Positions 38,015 to 53,655 of a stretch of DNA of 64,000 nt are shown here, piece after piece. A program made the position numbers and the translations under genes. Under the pieces are notes generated by a model. The model worked only from the letters and a program-made list of their open reading frames with translations, did not search any database and was not told where the DNA came from. Origin of the DNA: Pristiophorus japonicus (Eukaryota); assembly GCF_044704955.1 (NCBI RefSeq), contig NC_091980.1, positions 133,362,001 to 133,426,000 on the forward strand, given 5' to 3'. Within the stretch, counting starts at the first letter, position 1. Every line of letters starts with the position of its first letter.

Positions 38015-38775
38015 AGAGCATGTTATTATTTAAATGAAGAAAGTCTGCAAAGTGCTGCAGTACAGCAGGACATGGGGGTACTTGTGCATGAGACACAAAA
38101 GGATAGTATGCAGGTACAGCAAGTGATCATGAAGGCCAATAGAATCTTGGCCTTTATTGCGAAGGGGATGGAGTATAAAAGCAGGGAAGTCTTGCTACAG
38201 CTATACAGGGTATTGGTGAGGCCATACCTGGAATACTGCATGCAGTTTTGGTTTCCATATTTACGAAAGGATATACTTGTTTTGGAGACAGTTCAGAGAA
38301 GATTCACTAGGTTGATTCCGGAGATGAGGGGTTGATGTTTGAGGAAAGGTTGAGTAGGTTGGGCCTCTACTCATTGGAATTCAGAAGAATGAGAGGTGAT
38401 CTTATCGAAACGTTTAAGATTATGAGGGGGCTTAACAAGGTGGATGCAGATTGGATGTTTCCACTGATGGGGGAGACTAGAACTAGAGGGCATTAGAATA
38501 AGGGGCTGTCCATTTAAAACAGAGATGAGGAGAAATTTCTTCTCAGGGGGTTGCAAATCTGTGGAATTCGCTGCCTCAGAGAGCTGTGGAAGCTGGGACA
38601 TTGAATAAATTTAAGACAGAAATAGACAGTTTCTTAAACGATAAGGGGTTATGGGGAGAGGGCAGGGAAGTGGAGCCGAGTCCATGATCAGTTCAGCCAT
38701 GATCTTATTGAATGGCAGAGCAGGCTCGAGGAGCCGTATGGCCTACTCCTGCTCGTATTTCTTCTGTTCTTATAT
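38015..38775 (+). mobile_element. CR1 3' fragment nested in the LINE
   Basis: EYKSREVLLQLYRVLVRPYLEYCMQFW and a CR1 3' UTR. Confidence 0.87.
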
Positions 38776-41254
38776 TAGGTAAGGTGAGAGTGACTGCCCT
38801 CGACATCAAAGCAACATTTGACCAAGTGTGGCATCAAGGAGCCCTAGTACAATTGAAGTCAATGGGAATCACAGGGGAAAATGTTCACTAGCTGGAGTCA
38901 TACCTCACACAGGAAGATAGTTGTGGTTGTTGGAGGTCAATCAGGGCAGTGTTCTAGGCCCAACCAACTTCAGCTGCTTCATCAATGACATTGCCTGCAT
39001 CATAAGGTCAGAAGTGGGGATGTTCACTGATGATGGCACAGTGTTAAGTTCGATTTGCAACTCCTCAGAAGATAAAGCAGTCCATGCCCACATGCAGCAA
39101 GAGCTGAACGACATTCAGGGTTGGGCTAATAAGTGGCAAGTAATATTTGCGCCACACAAGTGCCAGGCAATGACTATATCCAACAAGTGAGTCGAATCAC
39201 CACCCCTTGACATTCAACAGCATTACCATCACCGAATCCCCCACCATCAACAACTGGGAGTCATCATTAACTAGAAACTTACTGGACCAGCTACATAAAT
39301 ACTGTGGTAACAAAGGTGGGTAAGAGGCTGGGTATTCTATGCCGAATGTCTCAGCTCCTGACTCTCCAAAGCCTTTCCACCATCTATAAAGGCACAAGTC
39401 AGGAGTGTGGTAGAATACTCTCTACTTGCCTGGATCAGTGCTGCTCCAACAATACTCAAGAAGCTCAGCACTATCCAGGACAAAGCAGCCCACTTGATTT
39501 ACACCCCATCCACCACCTTCAAAATTCACTCCCTTCACCACCAGCCAACATGGCTGAACTGTGTACCATTTACAAGATGCACTGCAGCAACTTGCCAAGA
39601 TTCTTCGGCAGCACCTGCCAAACCACAAGCTTTACCAACTAGAAGGATACAGGCAGCAGGCACATGGGAACACCACCTGCATGTTCCCCTCCAAGTTACA
39701 TACCAACCTGGCTTGGAAATATATCAACATTCCTTCATCACCGTTGGGTCAAAATAATGGCACTCACTTCCTAACAGCACTGTGGGAGTACTTTCATCAC
39801 AAGGACTGCAGTGATTCAAGAAGGTGGCTCTGCTCAACCTTCTCACGAGCAATTAGTGATGGGCAATAAATGCTGGCCTTGCCAGTGGCACCCACATTCT
39901 TCAAATAATAAAAACGACATTAACATGGAAAGACTAAAGGAGACAATTTAGTTGCACCCAGTGCAGTTCTCAGCAAAGTCCGTAATTAATGAGTAAACAC
40001 TGGATTATTGGAGCTTCGGCATCAACAACATTTGAATCCATTCATGGACATGATCCAGTAGTAAATGCTATTTGGTATGAAATGCACAACGGAATGAAAT
40101 ACAAATTGATACATTGGGTTAATGAATTGAAAAATTAGGCAATGGGGCCCATACTTTGGCAAGGGGGGGGGGGGGTGGGGGCACGGGACAGGGAAAGAAG
40201 GAAATGCTGAATGTGTTTAACTTCTTGAGCATTTGAATGAAATACATTTACTCCTTCCAGAAGGATTATAATTTTGTTTGAGTACAGTTGCAGAAGTATT
40301 CCTTCAATACCTTATTCATGTGTGAAACTAAAAATTGTGTTAGTAAGTTATTCAACCATGAGCAGAGCAGGCAGAAGAGAATCTGCCTCAGAACCACACC
40401 CACTAGGGTATCCACACTAACCAATGAAGCTGTGACAGCAAGCTGATGCCACCTGTTGCTTTCCCTCCTCGCCCAATTGTAGCCCCTGGGGTTCAATGTA
40501 CTGACATTACTGGACTGTACAGCAGTTGCTGCTCTGCCTACAAAGCTTAACAAAGTCTACAGCAGCAGTGGTGAGTTCAGTTACGGAACAACCTGCAATA
40601 TTAACTGAACAGGATCTGCAGCAGCCACTGAATATCAACAGCTAATTCCAGGGCCAATACAATTAAGGACTTTTTCCCTTCATCTGTCAGAAATGGAAAA
40701 CTGTCATTTCTGTGCTTAATACATGCTGTAGCAACTTGTAATTTGTATGGAGTTCTCTTATGGAAGTGAAGAGAGAATGTTCACTCATGGTACAGTTTTT
40801 TTTTAATTCAGCTGTCTAGAGCAAGCTCTGGAGTTCCCTTCCAAAACCTCAGTACCTTCTTTAAGACACACAAAACCGACCTCTGACCATGCTTTGTCCC
40901 TCATCAATAACAAATATGGCAGTCAGTTGTCTGAACATTAGATCTTGCAATATATGTCCAACATTACACCAGAGGAAACAAAACTCCCCCCTCAAACAGT
41001 TGCAGAGCTGTAATTCTTGATTTATGTAAACCAAGTTAAAAATTGTATCAATTGAAAAAGCAAATACTTAAATATACAAGGAGACAAAACCCAGTCCAAT
41101 GCTGAACAGTTTATTTACAGTTATGTTACATATCACATCAGGAGCCCAGGTTTCAACTTTGTGCAAAGTTACATGCCATCATTCCCTACAGAACAGGGGT
41201 CTGATTATATAAATACAAGTACTAAACACAAGAAGCTTGATCCCATCAGTCAGT

Positions 41255-43859
<2,605 letters not shown>

Positions 43860-43914
43860 CTTAATATGTTTTTAGATGTTTAAACTTCATTGAAGTACCA
43901 AACTAAAATTTAGC

Positions 43915-44110
43915 CATTTTCAAACTCCTGTATTTATACTGCTGGATAATCCTGGGCATGGCAGCCGAGATAATGAGGGACAGTCCTCATTACCCAATCA
44001 GAAGTTGCAGCCTCTCAGAGTACCAATTACGTAAAGGGAGGAGGGGAGATGGACTCCCAGAGCCAGTCAGATCTTTGAAAAATGAGCACCATTGGCTGAG
44101 AACTCAATAA
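43915..44110 (-). promoter_or_regulatory. Ferritin copy 2 promoter: TATA box (43933-43938) and CCAAT boxes
   Basis: Colinear with 25700-25890. Confidence 0.7.
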
Positions 44111-44169
44111 GGATCCCAATTGACCTAACTTTCCTCAAACACAGTTCAGATGTCTACAACTATTTTAGT

Positions 44170-44645
44170 ATAATGTAAAATCAAGCACCCCCTTCAGGCG
44201 AGGGCACCAGAACCAATACATTTCAAATTAAACTTTACCAGTAACAAATTAAATTTTAGTTTCCGGGGGTGATGATGCACTCCAGTCCCTCCAGCACCTC
44301 AAATATCTACAAGCTTGGGCTTTTCCTTAAATACAATAATTTGTAAATTCAATTCAATCCTGTGCCCCTTGGTAAAGGGGCTCAACCACTAGTATCTGCA
44401 AACTAACCAAAAATGTCAAAGAAAATCCTAACAAATCAAATTAAAATTTGGTTTCCGGGAATGATGATGCACTCCAGTCCCTCCAGTGCCCACTGATCGT
44501 GAAAGGCCTTGAGCGTATAGGCGGGCTCCGCGTTCTCCATCTCCAGGGACACCAGGGCGTGAATGTCGCCGCGGAAGAAAGGCGGGCAGTCAGGCCAAAT
44601 GACCTCTTCGAACGCCCGCTGCCTGGTCCTGTTAATGGTCATCTT
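44170..44645 (-). mobile_element. Tx1/L1-clade LINE 3' end(s), two tandem 3' segments
   Basis: RQRAFEEVIWPDCPPFFRG...LEGLECIIIPGNQILI* C-terminus; the GATGATGCACTCCAGTCCCTCC block occurs twice (near 44271 and 44463). Confidence 0.7.
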
Positions 44646-44654
44646 GGACCTTTC

Positions 44655-45680
44655 AACTACAACACAACTTGCATTTATCAATGCCTTTAACGTAGTGAAA
44701 CATCCCACGGTGCTTCACAGGAGTAGTATGAGATTTTAAAAATTGACACCGAGCCACATAAGGAGAAATTAGGGCAGGTGACCAAAAGCTTATTCAAAGA
44801 GGTAGGTTTTAAGGAGTGTCTTGAAGGAGGAAAGAGAAGTGGAGAAGTTTAGGCAGGGAATCCCAGAGCTTAGGGCCTAGGCAACAGAAGGCACAGCCAC
44901 CGATGGTTGAGCGATTATAATCGGGGGTGCCTAGGAGGGCAGAATTGGAGGAGCACCGACATCTCGGGGGTTGTGGGGCTAAAAGAGAGTACAGAGATAG
45001 GGAGGAGCGAGGCCATGGAGGGATTTGAAAACAAGGATGATTATTTTGAAATCGAAGCGTTGCTTAACCGGGAGCCAATGCAGGTCAGCGAGCACGGCAA
45101 ATGGGCCAAAGGCGGGCAGAGAAAACATTACAACGACACCCTCAAAGCCTCCCTGATAAAGTGCGACATCCCCACTGACACCTGGGGGTCCCTGGCCATA
45201 AACTGCCCTAAGTGGGGGGAGTGCATTCGGGACGGCGCTGAGCTCCTCAAGTATCGTCGCCGAGAGCATGTAGAAATCAAGCGCAGGCAGCGGAAGGAAT
45301 GTGCGGCAAACCAGGCTCCCTGCCCACCCTTTCCCTCAACAACTATCTGCCCCACCTGTGACAGAGACTGTGGTTCTCATATTGGATTGGACAAGTACCT
45401 AAGAACTCATGCTAAGAATGGAAGCAAGTCTTCCTTGATTCCGAGGGACTGCCTATGATGATGATGATGGGTGAGCGGGACTTGGTGCGAGTTAGGACAC
45501 AGGCAGCCAAGTTTTTGATCACCTCTAGTTTACGTCGGGTAGAATGTGGGAGGCCAGTCAAGAGAGCATTGGAATAGTCAAGACTAGAGATAACAAAGGC
45601 ATGGATGAGGGCTTCAGCAACAGATGAGCTGGGGCAAGGGTGGAGACTGGCAATGTTACGGAGGTGGAAATAAGCGGTCA
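44655..45680 (-). mobile_element. L2 LINE 3' portion with a nested plus-strand RTE 3' fragment (about 45092-45468)
   Basis: LIHAFVISSLDYSNALL and LHWLPVKQRFDFKI (L2); GGQRKHYNDTLK, CPTCDRDC...H and an (ATG)n tail (RTE). Confidence 0.85.
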
Positions 45681-45974
45681 TGCTTTCGTACATTACAACA
45701 GTGACTGTACTTTCGAAAGTACTCCACTGGTTGCAAGGGAGGGGGAGGGGGCTTTGTGACGGTCCCAAATGCGTCACTCCCACGCACCCTTTTTTCCAAC
45801 AGCTTTACAACTATTTTGTTGCAAAACAAGAAAAAATAAATAAATCAAGTGCCCCCTTATTAAAGGGGGGGGAGCACTCCAAACAGTTTTCAAATGCCCT
45901 TTTTTGTTTTTTTGTGGGGTTTTTGTGTTTTTTGAAGGCACTAAAACCACAAATTTTCCAAGTGCCCCCTGTCC

Positions 45975-46580
45975 CGCGTACACTGGCAGTGAGCAGACGG
46001 TTCCACAATGCCCTGCGCGCGCAGGTCCAAGATGGCGGCTGTGAAAGTGCTCTATCCGGGCGGCAGCCGGACGGCCGGCCCCAGGGTGCAGCGGGCGGAG
46101 CGGGAGGCAGGTTCAAGATGGCGGAGGGCGAGAGGGTAGCGGCGGCGATAGGGCGCTCGGAGGCCGGCGAGGGAGAAAGCGAGGCCGAGGCGGCGGCGGC
46201 GCTGGACGTCAGCTCGCCGCACTTTGATCCGTACCTGGCGCTGTACAGCCGTCGGCCGCCGCCGCTGCCCTTCCCCAACGTGCGCACCTTCAACAACCTG
46301 GCCGAGTACTCGTCCTTCCTGCAGCGGGGCCCGCGGCGCCCCGACCCAGCTCCCACACAGGCCGGCGGCCCCGCACCCCCAGCTCGAGCCCGAGCCCGAG
46401 CCCGCCGCGGCGCACCGACTCCCCCCGACCCCCACAGGATCGAGCGCCTCAAGAAGCTGATGGTGGCCAACACGAGCGGCGAGGACCGGCCGCGGCCCCG
46501 CAGGAGGGACCGGGCCCCGAAAAATGTGCTGACCAGGATGGCCCGTGAGTCGCTGAGCCCCGGGAGGAGGGGAGGGAGAT
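45975..46580 (+). promoter_or_regulatory. CpG-island promoter of LSM11 with NRF1-like (TGCGCGCGCA, 46014-46023) and YY1-like (CAAGATGGCG, twice) motifs
   Basis: High GC and CpG density; motifs seen at 46014, 46028 and 46114. Confidence 0.75.
46118..46544 (+). CDS. LSM11: U7 snRNA-associated Sm-like protein LSm11, exon 1
   Basis: [15 protein letters not shown]...FNNLAEY...[11 protein letters not shown]...APKNVLTRM; donor C|GTGAGT, phase 1. Confidence 0.95.
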
Positions 46581-46589
46581 GGGGAGGCA

Positions 46590-46925
46590 TAACATAAAAA
46601 TAGGAGCAGGAGTAGGCCATACGGCCCCTCGAGCCTGCACCGCCATTCAGTAAGATCATAGACTCAGCTCCACTTCCCAGCCCGCTCCCCATAACCCTTT
46701 CCTTCCATTCTCTCTCAAATATCTCTATCTCCATCTTAAATATATTCAATGACCCAGCCTCCACAGCTCTCTGCGGCAGAGAATTCCACAGATATACAAC
46801 CCTCTGAGAGAAGAAGGGTTCTCCTTTTTAAATGGGCGGCCCCTTTATTCTGAAACTACGTCCCCTAGTTTTAGTTTCCCCCACGTGTGGAAACATCCTC
46901 TCTGCATCGACCTTTCAATAAGATC
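46590..46925 (-). mobile_element. CR1 3' fragment in LSM11 intron 1
   Basis: EAGSLNIFKMEI and a CR1 3' UTR. Confidence 0.85.
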
Positions 46926-47279
46926 AGTAGCTGAGGGAGGGAGAGCGTCCCCCAAAGCCTGGGGGGTGTCCTCTGGGGGTCAGAGACCCTCGCTGGGACT
47001 GTACTATAGAATCATGTCAACTCTGGGCAGAGCAGGAGCCAGGGCACAACACTTGTGGATGACACCAAATAAGGCAGTGTAGTTAATACACCAACAACTT
47101 GCAGTTATATAGCACCTTTAACCCAGTAAAACATCCCAAGTTGCTTCACAGGAGTGATTATCAAACAAAATTTAACTGCGAGTTACATATTAGAGCAGGG
47201 GACTAAAAGCATGGTCAAAGAGGTAAGTTTTAAGGTTCGTCTTAAATACAGTGGAGGAGGAGGACTGCCAAAAAACAGG

Positions 47280-48078
47280 AAGACATTAAAAAATTTGCAG
47301 AATGGACTTGTAAATGGCAAATGAACTTCAAAATAGATAGATTTTGGTAGGAAGAATAAGGAGGTCACATATTCTGTGGAAAATAAGTGTCTAAATGGGG
47401 CAGAGGAACAGTGATCTGGGGGTACAGATACAAAAATCATTAAAAGCAGAGACACAGGTTAATAAGGTCACTGGGATTCATTTCCAGAATATTGAAAAGC
47501 AGGGAAATTATGTTAAACTTGTATAGAGCATTGGTTCGACTACACTTGACAGTTCTGGCCTCTGCATTATAAAAAGCGATATAGAGGCACTGGAGAAAAT
47601 GCAAAAAAAATCACAGGGATGATACCAGAACTGAGAGTTTATAATCCATCAGGCAGGCTGGGGCTCTTTTCTTTAGAAAAGAGAAGGCTGAGGGCTGACC
47701 CGATAAGAGTTCTTTAAAATTATGAAGAGATTTGATAAGGTCGACGTCGAGAAGATGCTTCCATTTGTGGGTGAGACCAGAACTATGGGTCTTAAATACA
47801 AGATTGTCATTAATAAATCCAATAGGGAATTCAGGAGAAACCTCTTTACCAAGAGAGTGGTTAGAATGTGGAACTCGCTACCACAAGGAATAGTTGAGGT
47901 GAATAGCATGAATGTTTTGAAGGGGAAGCTGGATAAACACATAAGGGAGAAAGGAATAGAAGGGTATACAGATGGAGTTAGATGAATTAAGGTGGGAGGA
48001 GGCTCGTGTGGAGCGTAAACACTGGCATGCATCTATTGAGCCAAATGACCTGTTTCTGTGCTGTATATTCTATGTCAT
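47280..48078 (+). mobile_element. CR1 3' fragment
   Basis: FRRNLFTKRVVRMWNSLP. Confidence 0.8.
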
Positions 48079-49109
48079 TCCAAGTTTTGCTCCAGGAAGT
48101 TACGAGTGAGGGACCGGATTATAATCAAACTTCAGATATATCCCAGTGTTTTGTGAAACCCTAATTATTGCTCTGGCAAGTGATGCACCTAATAATAATA
48201 ACCATAAAATACATTCAACATTAGCAAACCCTCAGTGGTTTCCCCAAGGAGAATATAACTCCTGGGGGAGCAGACGAGGGTCCATAACCTTGCCCAACCT
48301 ACCTCTGGAGCCTCCTCCCCCCCAACGTTGGCACCCACACTTTTCAATCCCCTAACTTTGGTCTTTTGTGAATCCTGGTTCCTAACCAGTTGTTTAGTCC
48401 AGTTCGTTGGATATATTCAAAAGTTAGATGTGGCCCTTACGGCTAAAGGGATCAGGGGGTATGGAGAGAAAGCAGGAAAGGGGTACTGAAGTTGCATGAT
48501 CAGTCATGATCATATTGAATGGTGGTGCAGGCTTGAAGGGCCGAATGGCCTGTTCCTGCACCTATTATCTATGTTTCACCTACTACTCATGGTAGTTGAT
48601 TCATCTGCTTTGGAGTTTCCATTCTTAACCCTTTCCACTTTTCTCTCCACTTGGAAAAATTCTCTGAAACCCCAAGCTTATGGTCTCCTCTTGAAACTCT
48701 GGTTCCATAGCTCAGTTTACCTGTTTCTCATCTTGGAATTTTTTTGTGTTAACGTTGTCATCGTCTGTCTCTCCAATAACTTGGTTCAGTTGGTAGCACG
48801 CTTGCTACATTGTCATTCGCATGGAATACTAAACCAAAGCCTCGTCTGTAAGTTACGGTGGTTCAGGTTGAATGTGCTATGTTCTTCCAGAAAACCATCA
48901 AAAAACAGATTAACTGGTATTCATCGCATTGCTTTTTGCTAGATTCATCTGTATAAAAATAATGATTACACTTCAAAGTAATTGTATTGTATGTTAAAGT
49001 CTCATTAAAGTGAAGTGAATTTAGAGGCCAGGAATAATTGCATTGGATCATAAATACATAGACATTTATAGCACAGAAGGAGGCCATTCGGCCCATCGTG
49101 TCTGCGTGG

Positions 49110-49375
49110 GATTTAAATGTTGGACAAAACACCAGGGAGAACTCCTCTGCTCTTCGAACTAGTACCATGGAATATTTTATGTCCACCTGAGAGAACAGAC
49201 GGGGCCTCGGTGTAACGTCTCATCTGAAAGACGGCACCTGCGACATTGCAGAACTCCCTCAGCACTGCACTGGAGTGTCAGCCTAGATTTATGTGCTCAA
49301 GTCTCTGGCGTGGGACTTGAACCCACAACCTTCTTACTCAGGCGAGCGTGCTAACCACTGAGCCAAGGCTGACAC
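49110..49375 (-). mobile_element. tRNA-derived Deu-domain SINE (SacSINE1-like), 5' part
   Basis: Reverse-complement match to 53656-53900 with A/B box head. Confidence 0.78.
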
Positions 49376-49850
49376 AATTCAGTTTCCATTTTAAAGTTTT
49401 ACATTCTGTCCTTATTTTACATTTTCATAAATTTGTATGTCCACGTTTATAATCAGCTGCAGCATGTAAATTAGTCACACTGTAATTGCAACCTCTCTAC
49501 ATTGGTGGTGCACTGCCTTCACTGGGGGGAGGGTATAATTGCAGTGTAACACATTTACATACAACTTCCATTATAAATGTGGACATAACGATTTACAATG
49601 GAGAATTTTGGCAGGAAGTGCATGTCGACATAAGATTTATATCCCACAAGAGCACTGTACTGACCAAGATACTGTTCCCTTTGGGAAGACGATGATATGC
49701 TTATAATTGTAAAAATAATATTCATATCAGCTCTAGATATTAATGCAACACTCGCCCTTGAGGAAGGAGTCCTGAACGTATAATCAGATAACGTGAAACT
49801 TCTTTTTATCCAATATAGTAAAATAAAGCAGTCATTCAGCATGCAGCTGT

Positions 49851-51000
49851 GATAGAAACATAGAAAATAGGTGCAGGAGTAGGCCATTCGGCCCTTCGAG
49901 CCTGCACCACCATTCAATAAGATCATGGCTGATCATTCCTTCAGTACCCCTTTCCTGTTTTCTCTCCATACACATTATAAAATATTAATGATGCCCCTCA
50001 AATGGACCCAATCATAGAATTACAGAAATTTACAGTGTGGAAGGAGGCCATTTCGGCTCATCGTGTCCGCACCGGCCGACCAAGAGCTATCCAGCCTAAT
50101 CCCACTTTCCAGCTCTTGGTCCATAGCCCTGTAGGTTACGGCAATTTAAAGTGCACATCCAAGCATTTTTTAAATGTGGTGAGGTTTTCTGCCTCTACCA
50201 CCCTTTCAGGCAGCGAGTTCCAGACTTCCATCACCCTCTGGGTGAAGACATTTCCCCTCAAATCCCCTCTGAACCTCCTACCAAGTACTTTAAATCTATG
50301 CCCCCTGGTTATTGACCCCTCCACTAAGAGAAATAGGTCCTTCCTATCTACTCTAGGCTCAAATGTTATATAAAAGCTAAATTCACTCCCAATATATAAT
50401 AAACCACCTCAAATCCTTCCCAATGTGGGGTGAGGGAAAGAAGATTGTGATGTGTTAATATTTATATAATAAAACCTAATTATATTTTGATGTCACTAGG
50501 TGTATTTAGCAGCTACCTCAACTCTACTTTCCTGCACTATCCCCATATCGCTTGATTCCCTTAATATCCAAAAATCTATCGATCTCTGCCTTGGGTATAC
50601 TCAATAACTGAGCCTCCACAGCCCTCTGGGGTAGAGAATTCTAAAGATTCACCACCCTCTGAGTGAAGGAATTTCTCCTCATCTCAGTCCCAAATGGCCG
50701 ACTCCTTATTCTGAGACTATGATCCCTGGTTTAGGACTCCCAAGTCAGGGGAAACATCCTCCCTGCATCTATCCTGTCCAGCCCTGTAAGAATGTTGTAT
50801 GTTTCAATGAGATCACCTCTCACTCTTCTAAACCTAGAGAATATAGGCCTAGTCTACTCAATCGCTCCTCATAGGACAATCCCCCAATCCCAGGAATCAG
50901 TCTAGTGAACTTTCGTTGCACTCCCTCAATGGCAAGTATATCCTTCCTTAGGTAAGGAGACTAAAACTGTACACAATACTCCCGATGTGGTCTCACCATA
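49851..51000 (-). mobile_element. Cluster of minus-strand CR1 3' fragments (about 49851-49970, 50012-50355, 50515-51000)
   Basis: CR1 3' UTR and FTQRVMEVWNSLP motifs. Confidence 0.75.
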
Positions 51001-51419
51001 AAGATGTTATTAGCTGAGATGTACTCAGCCGATGATGCTTTGCTCTGCCAGGCCCTGAAACAGTGTGCATGCGTGCGTGTGAGTCAGAGTACATGTCTGT
51101 GTGGGGGAGAGAGGGAGATGTGTTGATCTCGAAGCCCTGACCTTTGCTCTTTGTTTCCCTGTAGGAGCAGCTCGCCTCCTCCAGCCAAGAGCGCAGTATT
51201 GTGTGGGCCATGGAGACCTCCATGACCGCCGTCAGGCCTGCTTCGTTATTGATCAACGTGAGGTACGCATGTAGCAGGGCAAGAGCGAGCACGCTAGTTT
51301 TAATAGTTTGTGACAACAGTTTGTTCCCATCTCTCCATTTTTAAAATGGTATGTTTGGAAATTGAAATTCTAAACCGTAGTTGGATTTCTACATCACAGT
51401 ACATTTTTTTAATTGTTTG

Positions 51420-51830
51420 TCTGTCGCCATGGCTCAGTTGGCAGCAATTTCATCTCTTGAGTCAAAAGGTTGTACATTACCTAGGCTGACACTTCAGTGC
51501 AGTTCCGAGGGATGGTTTTCCCATTTAGAGGTGCTATCTTTCAGCTGAATCTGCCTAATCCATTGGACATAAACGATACCACGGTCATTTTTCAAACAGC
51601 AGGGGAGTTCTCCTGGTGTTCTGGCCAACAGTCGATCTCTCAAAACACCACCAAAAGCAGATGTTCAGGTAATTTAATCTCATTGCTGCTTGTGGGATCT
51701 TGTGCACAAATTGGCTGCTGTGTTCCCTCCAAAATAAGTGACTACACTTCGAAAGTGAATCATTGGCTCGGACTACTTTGGGACATCCTGAGGATGTGAA
51801 AGGTGCTATGTAAATGCAACTTCTTTCATT
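51420..51830 (+). mobile_element. Degenerate Deu-type SINE
   Basis: Patchy similarity to 53656-54116 from head to tail. Confidence 0.65.
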
Positions 51831-52369
51831 CAGATTTTAAAATATTTCTTTTAAATCTTTGTTTTCCCCTCATTCCCCATCTCTCCAAGAAGGCTCCAAC
51901 CTTTCATCGCTATCCCACCTCCAGCTGTATTCCCAATGCAAAATTTACCCATGAAGTAGAGCTACAGGTCAGCCAAGATCCAGTTGAATTACTGAGCAAA
52001 ATCAAGGGGCTCTTGTTCCCATGTTTCCCCATAGGAACAGTGCACATTGTTTTACCTGTAACTTGTCATTGGCATTGCGACCAGTTGTAGTAGCCTTACA
52101 TCACCCTCGTTAACTGAGCATGGATTGGAGATTGGAGGCGAGGTCTTTGTGGTCTGCATGGTTGAACTAGCAAGAACCAATGTCGGATCCGTTGTGTTTT
52201 TGACCAGGGGTAATCTTGCTGTAATCTTGCTGTACTGCAACAGTAGAAAAAGTGGAGCTTTGTTGACCTCCAGTGGCAGCAAGCAGTAATGCAGTCTTTT
52301 TATTTTGTGTCGCACTGTTGCCCTCTCTCTGCTGTGTTGATAACTGGAAATATGTTATTTTGTGCACAG

Positions 52370-52509
52370 TTCATGAAGGCAGCCCTCTGGGCGAACTGTA
52401 TCGCTGCGTGCAGGACAGGATAAAGATCAGCGTCCACATTCGGACTTTCAAAGGACTGCGGGGTGTCTGCTCAGGATTCCTAGTGACGTTTGACAAGTTC
52501 TGGAACATG
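52370..52509 (+). CDS. LSM11: LSm11 exon 2 (Sm1 motif)
   Basis: CAG|TT acceptor; [13 protein letters not shown]...[25 protein letters not shown]; GT donor. Confidence 0.96.
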
Positions 52510-53655
52510 GTAATATGTGCTGCAAGCAAATCCCAATCCCTCCCTCCCCTGCACCAAGATTGAGTCAAAGCTATCGTATTCACAAACATTAATTCCCCCC
52601 CCCACCTCCCGGCCTCTTTCCCAGTTTACATCCTCTCCTGAAGGTGCAGTCCTACAGGCTTTCTCCAGCGCCTCACCCAAATTTTGCAACAGTCAGTATT
52701 GGCAGGCTATTTTAACCATGAGAGCCACACAGCTGAGCCCAGTTTAGTCTTCACCCAACATCCATTTGCAGCTACCAGCAGGAGCCATGGGAAACGGTGA
52801 TCAGGATCAGGAAACTCAAGACCACACTTTGAGTATTGTCCATTTCTGGTCACTGAGACACAAGGGAGACCTTGAAGCCCTGGGCACAGCTCAGACAAAA
52901 GTCACAAGGCTGGTCCCCAGTATCTGATAAATCTGGAGTAACCTGAACCGTTCATCATTGAAAGGAGCCAATAGATGTATAAATGGTACAGAAAGATGTA
53001 AATCTAGACAATGACTGGCAAGTGAATGGGGACCCAGATTCAGGCTAGTGAAATGTAGATTTACAACCGATGGCGGAGTGTGCTTTTTTACACCAAGTGA
53101 TCAACACGGAGTGGATCCTTGGATCGATGCTGTGGTGGGGGTACTATAAGGGCTTTCGGAAACGATGAGGTAAGATGGGCCGAATGGCCTTCCTTGTCTT
53201 CTCTTACCGTGTGATCTCCGACTTAAGTTACGTTACCGGCTTCACATTGCTGAGAAGTCAAAACTTCTTTGCATCGATGCGAAGCTGGTGTAACTGGCTT
53301 TAATTCTTCTTAAAAATTCCAGAAGCCTGCTGTTGTCAGGTTTTAAAATGACATTGTATGTAGTTCCATACAAAAATGTCAGTGGTTCTGTACAAGATGT
53401 ATGCTGATCGTAGCGTAAAGTTGCATTATTTGATTGTTAGTCTACAGGTCCCAGTTTGAAACATCTCAAAGGTGTTTTCTTCAACCCAACACCCAAGAGG
53501 TTTAATTGTTTCAATGTCAAAAAAAACCTCCCAAGATGTAATGAGGGGCAACAATTAAGAACTGACTCGTATAAAATGCATTAACTGTCAATTATTTTAA
53601 ACTTGATGTACATTTTCCCCACAGTACTGTCTTAAATTATGTCATCGACCTTCAT

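Larger units (their letters stand above)
30085..39915 (+). mobile_element. CR1/L2-group LINE (EN + RT), split by the ERV and a CR1 fragment; paralogous to 4192-6158
   Basis: EN motifs (GDFNVHH, IGSSDHHTVL) at 30100-30670; the sequence is continuous across the ERV at TCAAC-GGAT-CAGATC; same 3' junction as at 6158. Confidence 0.88.

Noticed and set aside
45680-46117. N-terminal extension of the 305-aa ORF upstream of LSM11, and the antisense 317-aa ORF
   Set aside because: The extension runs through LINE/SINE remnants and promoter; LSm11 homology starts at 46118. The antisense ORF is a GC-rich shadow.
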